Shown here piece after piece: positions 55,941 to 64,000 of a stretch of 64,000 bases of DNA. Numbering within the stretch: the first letter of the stretch is position 1; each line of letters starts with the position of its first letter. Source of the stretch: Octopus vulgaris (Eukaryota); the NCBI GenBank assembly GCA_951406725.2, contig OX597819.1, forward strand, positions 92,132,001 to 92,196,000, written 5' to 3'. Made by a program: the position numbers and the translations under genes. The notes beneath the pieces were generated by a model, which was not told where the DNA came from, did no database searches, and worked only from the letters and a program-made list of their open reading frames with translations.

Positions 55941-56205
55941 ATTTCCTATAAATCTAGAAATGCTAGGAAAAAAACTCACCCATTACATCAACTCGACCAG
56001 GCAACATCGAACGATATAACGGTCCGCTAGCATCTCCACATTTCTATAGACAGGCGAATTCGTATCTCCCTCCAAAATTAACCCTTTATTATAATTAATA
56101 TAATCCTTACCAAATATGGTGTTTTCCATACCGAAAAAAATACTAGGCGAAATTTATTAATTTTATCAAATTAATTATATTTCACTCTTTATGTGTATAT
56201 ATACA

Positions 56206-56312
<107 letters not shown>

Positions 56313-56434
56313 AGGTACCACCAATATTTCAAATAACGATCCTATCAAGTGGGCAGTATGAACAAACTGTTTATGTAATAATTATTATAGACATATGATA
56401 AAATGAATATAATTATAATTAACTCTGCTATATA

Positions 56435-56498
<64 letters not shown>

Positions 56499-56530
56499 TA
56501 TAGAACGTACGAATATATATATATACATAC

Positions 56531-56591
<61 letters not shown>

Positions 56592-56626
56592 ATACTTTAT
56601 TAAAAGCAGCAGAAATATCACAAAAA

Positions 56627-56661
56627 ACTGTTACTCAGAGTTTCACGTTCCCGTTCGTCGG
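56627..56661 (-). ncRNA. Minimal hammerhead-like motif (core CCGACGA), stem I incomplete
   Basis: CCGACGA-ACG-GGAA-CGT-GAAAC-TCTGA-GTA-ACAGT next to (AT)n. Confidence 0.45.
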
Positions 56662-57199
56662 ATAATCTTGTTAGAATTCAACTGAAATGACGATATATTC
56701 AAATATAAATTAGTTTAAACGATACATCTTTGAAAATGGCTTTGTTTCATTGGTCCTTTTAACTAACGATCTTAAGCATGCAATGAACAAAATAAATTCA
56801 GTATAAATTCCCCTTGTTGTAAAATTGAAGAAAGCCTTAAATTAAAGCATAAATTCTAAATAGATCTGGTAGATAATTTTATACAAAATATAAATAAATT
56901 AATACATTAAAATTAAAATTTAAAAATTTCACGCTGTATTAAATAAATATTTTTTCCGCAGTATATACACATAGTAAACCATCTATAATACACATATATA
57001 CACTAAAATATACACAGATGCATGTAGATATTTATATACATATATAGACATATATAGGTAAGACATAGATATATATACACAAATACACATATACATATAT
57101 GTATGCACAGCTGATAACTTGACGTCTGCAGTATTACTTGAGATTCGAAACTCACTATTTTGATAACATAAATCGTGCAGAAGATACTTAGCCAAAGGG

Positions 57200-57915
57200 C
57201 CTTCCTTGTCTCCCAACAACAGTATGCATAAGAGAAAGAAATGAATGGTAAAAGAAAGTTACAATTAAGGAGATTTCCAAAACATTAGGAAGTGACGAAA
57301 GAAAGATATTAAAGATCGAGGAGAGTAAAAGTTTTAGTTCTTTTCAGAGGAAAACACTTTCGGTGGCTCATAAAACAGCAAGACTACCTGGATGATAAGA
57401 AATCTATTTATCACATGGCTTTATTTATCAACAGAGAAATGATTCATCGAAAGAAAGTTGTATTGCTAAGAAGAAACACATTACTGGATTTCATTTGTCT
57501 AATAACAAAATTATAGAACCCACTCAAAACATCGACAATAGATCAATTATTTTAATGGCCTTGGTTATACAGCTATAGATGCATCTCATCTGAATCATCT
57601 GAAGAACAAGTATACAATTAATCTTCCTGCAGTGAAGACCGAAGAACAGCTTCAAGAGTATATGACACTACGTGATGATGAATGAAACCGCAAAAATAAA
57701 CGGATAATAATGCGAGCAATTACGAAGGTTATGTTGAAGATTTGGTGCAAACCGTCTCGACAAAAGAAATTAAACTTGCTATGTCAATAGTTAAAGGATT
57801 CTTTGAAGAAAACTACTGTGAAAATATTCACAGCTTTTATGCTATAGAAAACTTGTGTAAATTAGCAGCAGTTAGAAATCGTAGATAATAAAAGATCACA
57901 GAATTTATTAACTGG
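57200..57915 (+). pseudogene. Degenerate pogo/Tigger-like transposase remnant
   Basis: NSKTTWMIRNLFITWL...RK resembles the NKKAWMT..F..WL...RKV DDE_1 motif; ends with KITEFI. Confidence 0.5.
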
Positions 57916-58202
57916 GTACCATAGTGGCATAATGTTATACTTGTTCAAATTACAAATTTATCACTTAGATATAGATTAAAACATGGATACCTGAACAAAA
58001 GAAAGCAATAATTAATTGATCAATTTCTTGTTAAAGGAAATTGTAGTTGATTTGATTAAATAATATTATTTGAAAGTGAACGAGTCGATATGAGATAATT
58101 TTCCAATACATTAGGCAAATGAATATAATTTTTTGATGTTTTAAACTGACAATTTTTAAAAAGTTTAAAACATTATGAACTAAAGACTAAGAGTTTTTCG
58201 CG

Positions 58203-58238
<36 letters not shown>

Positions 58239-58408
58239 TGTATGTATGTATGTATGTATGTATGTATGTATGTATGTATGTATGTATGTATGTATGTATG
58301 TATGCGTGTGTGTGTATGTTTGTATGTATGAATTATGTATTTATGTTTGTATTATATATGAGCATATATGTCTGTGTATCCATCTATCTGCCTGCCTGCC
58401 TGCCTGCC

Positions 58409-58495
<87 letters not shown>

Positions 58496-58523
58496 ATGGG
58501 GTAGGGATGAGTTTGCATATGTT

Positions 58524-58561
<38 letters not shown>

Positions 58562-58628
58562 GTTCTGTGTGAGTTGCAATGGAAATGTTCACAGCGGCTA
58601 CAAAGTTTTCGCATTCTAGCGGTCATCA

Positions 58629-58674
58629 GACAGCCTGATGGCGGTTAGTAAACCGAAACTACGAAATCGTTGTC
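58629..58674 (+). ncRNA. Degenerate hammerhead-like motif
   Basis: GACAGC-CTGATGG-CGGTT-AGTA-AACC-GAAAC...GTTGTC; stem III is poor. Confidence 0.35.
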
Positions 58675-59064
58675 AACCTTTCTCATGTAACAATTAATAA
58701 ATTATGTACTCTACAAAAAGTTTTTAAGTGATCTTTCAATCTAATTTTCAATTGTTTTTATTTATAACTTCGGAATTGAGGGTGAGATAAGATATATATG
58801 ATGTTCTGTTGTATAAACTGTACTTGTACAAGAAAATAATATATTCAAATCTCATAATCTATTGCTTATTGTGCGAGTTCAGTTTAAATGCATACATCGC
58901 GTAATTGCATAAGAATTTCCATCACATATACACATACACAGTTTGAGAAAGAAGAAACTAAGTCAGAAATGTGGGCGCAATAATGCATTCACCTGGAAAG
59001 ATATGTGATTTCAGTTTCATAAATGCATTTTTCAAGGTGTTTGTTTGTGTGTACGTATATATGG

Positions 59065-59095
<31 letters not shown>

Positions 59096-59380
59096 TGTAT
59101 GTATGTATGTATGTATGTATGTATGTATGTATGTATGTATGTATGTATGTATGTATGCATTCAATTAAAGTCATATTTAACACGCTCGCGTGCATTTGGA
59201 GTGAAAACACATACCGGATCATCAATGACGTCGTTGGATTTCAGGACAAATACATTTCTGCGTTTTTCCGTTTAGTCAATTACGAACTCTAAAACTATCA
59301 TTCACAACCCGACCTTATACACACACACACACACACACATAAACACACACACCACATACACACACTCACAAACACACAAA

Positions 59381-59595
59381 CGAGGGTTGATGAAAAGTTC
59401 CTGGTTTTGAGGGAATTGTGAAAGGCCTGGTTATAGGTCCATCCATTCGACTTCTTTTACACGACTTAACAAGTTGAAGGATTCCCACAATAAGTGTGTG
59501 AATCCGAAAGGGGAATGTGTTGAATAAAATCCTAATTAACTGATGCTCCTGTATTTTCTTTTACCCAAGACCAGGAACTTTTCAGCACCCCTTCG
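59381..59595 (+). mobile_element. Mariner-derived MITE (deletion derivative)
   Basis: TIRs CGAGGGTTGATGAAAAGTTCCTGG / CCAGGAACTTTTCAGCACCCCTTCG|TA; retains the transposase C-terminus KLKDSHNKCVNPKGECVE*. Confidence 0.8.
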
Positions 59596-59636
59596 TAATG
59601 CACACACACACACACACACATAAATATATATGTATG

Positions 59637-59698
<62 letters not shown>

Positions 59699-59775
59699 CA
59701 TACATACATACATACATACATACATACATACATACATACATACATACATACATACACACATACACACATATATAT

Positions 59776-59940
59776 ATTATATTCAACTTGCGTTGAAAGT
59801 CAACAAAGTTTGCTTTAGAAGCGTTGAGTTGTATTGAAAGATAACAGATAAGGAAATATTTTTATTCTCAAACGCATCCTGTTCACGCTATATTATTAGC
59901 ATTATCCTGCGTTTGAGAATAAAATTATTTCCTTATCTGT
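59776..59940. repeat. Short insert with ~33-bp inverted repeat (PLE-end-like)
   Basis: ACAGATAAGGAAAT...ATTCTCAAACGCA (about 59844-59876) mirrored at about 59908-59940. Confidence 0.7.
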
Positions 59941-60317
59941 GTATATATAAAATTATACATTTATTAATATAAATGATAAAGATAAGTGATGTATACACAT
60001 ATGCGTGTATTTCGTAATGTGTATCTATTTGATTGTATGTCTATATATGTGTGTGTATATATATATATATATATTATTCAAAGGAATTCCAAGTCTGTTT
60101 TTTATGTTTTATTTATATTCTTTATAATATTAATGTAGAATATAGAATATATAGTATAAATAGTATATATAATAAAATGAAATGAAGTATTGATTGTCGT
60201 ATTGAATAGATGAAATACTGAATATCAAATATTAAGGGACTAGTATACTTTCTTGCAGTAAAGCAGTCTTTAAGGGCTCAGGTTGTGACAGGAATGTTTC
60301 AACTGTATATAGCAGCA

Positions 60318-60373
<56 letters not shown>

Positions 60374-60699
60374 GCAAACCGTGATAACGATTTTATATAA
60401 TACTTTTCTCTCGGTGTTCTATTTCAAAAATATTAAAATTTTCATTGCATTATTAATAGTAAATGAAACCCACACATTAATAAATACAAAACTGCTTTGT
60501 TGTAACGCGATCAACATAAATAAAGTTGCTGTTGGAAATAGCAACTACGTATTAAAATGACGGTTAAGAGACTTACCCGCTTATCACGCAGAGAAAGGAG
60601 CTGTAAGACTATTTTGATAATATAATCCTCATAAATATCACCCTATGTTGTGAGCATTATTACTTTTGACTATTTCATCAGTCATATCTTTATCTTAAA

Positions 60700-61237
60700 T
60701 CATTTACTTCTTTTCAGGTACTGGATTGTGGTCATACTAGAGTAATGCTTTGAAGGGTTTATTCAAACAAATCGACCTCAGGGCTTATTTTTCTTTAATA
60801 CTGTTGTACTTGGAGGTGCAATGGCACAGTGGTTAGGGCAGCGGACTCGCTGTCGGAAGATCGCGGTTTCGATTCCCTGACCGGGCGTTGTGTGTGTTTA
60901 TTGAGCGAAAACACCTAACAGCTCCACGACCTCCGGCAGGGGCTAGTGAAGACTCCTGTTGTACTCTTTCGCCACATCTTTCTCTCATTCTCTCTTCCTG
61001 TTTCTTGAGTAACGCTGCGATGGACTGGCGTCCCGTCCAGCTGGGGGGAACACATACACCACAGAAATCGGGCCCATGAGCCTGGCTAGGCTTGAAAATG
61101 GCGCCGTTTTTTTTAATACACTTGTACTTATGCTATTGGTGTATTTAGCCGAATTCTTAAGTTACGGAGAAGTAAGCAAACCAAGCGGTGGTGGTAGAAA
61201 AACACGGCACAAACACAAACACAGAAAACGAAAACAG

Positions 61238-61279
<42 letters not shown>

Positions 61280-61340
61280 ACATAAATACAACGAGCTTCA
61301 TTAGCTTTCCGCCTATCAAATCCCCTCACACAGTGAATTC
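60700..61340 (-). mobile_element. Old SINE family B copy split by a younger SINE
   Basis: Tail remnant at 60700-60811 and continuation at 61112-61340. Confidence 0.6.
60812..61107 (+). mobile_element. tRNA-derived SINE family D
   Basis: TGGCACAGTGG A box, GGTTTCGATTCC B box, tail CTGCGATGGACTGGCGTCCCGTCCAG; imperfect ~18-bp TSD TTTAATAC..TTGTACTT. Confidence 0.85.
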
Positions 61341-61599
61341 CATAACATAAAAAAAGAAAATTCCCCAAACACTAAAATTTTAGGACTCAGCAAACATCTA
61401 CTCTGTCTATAGAAGTGGTAGAATAAGGAGCCAATTCTTTCTGAAATACTATCCCATCTTAAAATAAAGGTCACAACGGAGAATGTATTTGTAAATGTGC
61501 CGTATCTGAAAAGAAAACTATGGGATGGACACAATCGGAGCGTTTTCAATCGGCGTTAATCTGGAGTTAAACTATAATCACTGTTGTGGCTCTTGACTA

Positions 61600-61720
61600 C
61601 AAAAATTAAAGCCATGCTAATTGCTATGATAATAAGTTTATAAACATATATAAGACACTTTAAAACTGGAGTAACTTTATAAACTTTTATTCACAGCAAT
61701 TAGCATGACCGTAATTTTTG
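61600..61720. repeat. Imperfect foldback (~45-bp arms)
   Basis: CATGCTAATTGCT...AAGTTTATAAA versus TTTATAAACTT...AGCAATTAGCATG. Confidence 0.65.
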
Positions 61721-63364
61721 TTGCTAAAACCCAAATCTTGTCTAAACCCAAATAGCTTATTTTAGCTAAAATAGGCTATTAGGATTTTGGCAAAATCTCC
61801 CAAATTGTCAAATTTCATTTCAAATTTCTCAATTAACCATTTCCCAAAATAGATAATCCATTAGTTTCAAAATAGCATTTTGAAGAGTTTTAAAAGGTTT
61901 CGTTTCGTTAAAGAATTCTTTATTTGTAATAAATACCTGAAATGTTTGGTCCCCTACAAAATTAGATCCGAAATATTTTTAAGTAATTGTATTTCAGACA
62001 ACCAGTTAAAAAACTGCCCAAAGCTAGAAAACCGTTTCCAATTTAAAATGCCTTGTTTCTTTAGCAACAAGTCTATTGTTTGCATTGACGGTCATAACTT
62101 TCATTATACTTCTATATAACAGTAAAACTTTTAGACGACAATAAAACTTAGTAGAATATTTAACAAAGATTTTATAAATCAATGTTATACAGACACCATA
62201 AATTGCTATCACACGAATGCTGTTAATCATTGTGATGTGGAAGGAAAAATTACAGTCACGCAGACATCATAAATGTATGTTACGGAAACACAATTCATTG
62301 CTTATTTTCTAAGTTATAAATAAAGTGCTTATAAATTACGAAAGCAAGGAAGAAGTTGAATTTTCTGGTGAGAAATTGCTTAAAAGTCATCTTCATTAAA
62401 TGAATTTCTATCACATTAATTTTACGAAGTTTGTTGTTTATTGTATTGTATAGTTATTCTCGTCTACATATGCTTTCTTTTTCGAAGAAGCACATATTGC
62501 AAATTGAGCTGGGATTATACATTGTAAATCAGTTTGACCTGAGGTCAGTACGCATCGAGCAGGTCTATAATACATTTTTTAGATGTGACCATCCAGTACA
62601 CACGCACACACATACACACACACAAACATACATACACATGCGTATATGCATAAAAAAAACACTACTTCAATTGCGTATACTGATTTTAATTCACCTGGGC
62701 GGCTATTTGCAATATTAGTGTATGTTTTATTTACTGTTTGTTTCCTTTACTGAAGACGACAAGGTTTTGTCCCAGCATGTAGCTGAGTGCAAGTATGTGA
62801 CATTAAAATGGTTCAAAAAGGCTAAAATGCGTCTTGAGACACCCTTGTTCTTGTTGGGGGCATATTTTCCTCTACTTTTGATACAGATTTTGCTTTTAAT
62901 ACCACATATCGACAAGAGATGTTATCTCAGGACAAATGCCACAGTTACTGGCTTATCAGCAGTGTGTATACATTAGATATGATGCATACATAGGTGTGTA
63001 TAGAAATAATGGTTATGAATAAAAATAAGCCAGCTTTCTAATTGCAGCAGCAATGGTCTTTCAATCAGTGTTTTTCTGTTTCAATAATGACGTCTTTTGT
63101 CTTAACACGTAGTTTCAACTGGGTACTTGCTTCTGAAGAAATCCAAAGATGCCGAAATGCGTATCTAGCTGTACAACCTCGTTTCTTGATGATTTTTATC
63201 TACTATTGATAAATTCTTGTGTTTCTTTAAAATTGTATGTTTATAAGAAATATCATCTTAGAACGAATATTGCAGTGCATTCGTGTTTCTGTGATGTATC
63301 TGCATTAAATATAATACACTTATTGATATTTTAAACTAACACTGCCTCTGGTGAACAAAACGAG

Positions 63365-63368
<4 letters not shown>

Positions 63369-63426
<58 letters not shown>

Positions 63427-63437
63427 ACTACTACTAT

Positions 63438-63524
<87 letters not shown>

Positions 63525-63598
63525 GACTACTACTAATACTGCTGCTGCTGCTTCTGCTGCTGCTTCTGCTGCTGCTTCTGCTGCTGCTTCTGCTGCAG

Positions 63599-63654
<56 letters not shown>

Positions 63655-63671
63655 GCTACTACTACAACAAC

Positions 63672-63728
<57 letters not shown>
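63369..63728. repeat. Compound (TAA)n(TAC)n(CTG/CTT)n(TAC)n(TAA)n trinucleotide array
   Basis: Direct reading. Confidence 0.97.
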
Positions 63729-63730
<2 letters not shown>

Positions 63731-64000
63731 GCCCTGATGCAGTACCAGGCAGTGGCTCTCATGGCTTCTCATCTTAACTGATTGGAAGTGTTATCATGTA
63801 CATTGTTTTGTCTTGGTATAAAAGATGGGCTACAGCAAATATTCTGCTCAATACCACAGATTTGCTTGTCAGTTGCTTTACCTTAACCAGTTGAGCATGT
63901 CCCTTGGTGGCTGACGATATGTACATCTCTGATCACGAACAGAAGTAGTGGGGGAGCATCATAGCCTTGTGTTGAGAGGGATTCTTTGGGATTTGGATAA
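63729..64000 (-). mobile_element. Probable 3' end of a non-LTR retroelement abutting an (ATT)n tract
   Basis: Complex sequence ending ...GGTACTGCATCAGGGCATTT, directly followed on the minus strand by (ATT)n; runs off the window. Confidence 0.45.

Noticed and set aside
55282-56019. Duplicated small ORF MVKRKKTTKS...
   Set aside because: Lies in the tandem repeat antisense to the HHR strand; the two copies differ in frame at the C-terminus.
60305-60380. (TA)n flanked by G.AGCAAAC direct repeats, resembling an inserted microsatellite with TSD
   Set aside because: More simply a small tandem duplication followed by TA expansion.
63128-63170. CTGAAGA...GAAAT motif
   Set aside because: Stems too weak to distinguish from chance.

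Overview
AT-rich, microsatellite-dense eukaryotic DNA, probably intronic or intergenic. The SINE families and repeat landscape resemble an octopus (coleoid cephalopod) genome, but that is inference, not a database match. No host gene can be called with confidence, and nearly all short ORFs in the track are microsatellite read-throughs. The window is a transposon graveyard. It holds a near full-length L1/Tx1-clade LINE (ORF1 with a CCHC knuckle; ORF2 APE-RT-ZnF with several lesions) plus a 5'-truncated relative, both inserted in one (TATC)n array. It also holds an IR/DR-type Tc1 (DD34E) element; mariner, pogo/Tigger, Helitron, R4/Dong-type RLE and RTE-like remnants; foldback MITEs; and several tRNA-derived SINE families. 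The main hidden signal is RNA structure. About a dozen type I hammerhead-ribozyme (HHR) folds were read by eye. They sit in Penelope-like (GIY-YIG) remnants and in non-coding tandem or inverted repeats beside (AT)n tracts. Two unrelated families carry a variant UUGACAA core, and a 555-bp tandem unit looks like a retrozyme. All structures and alignments were done by eye, boundaries are approximate, and none of the ribozymes has been shown to cleave.
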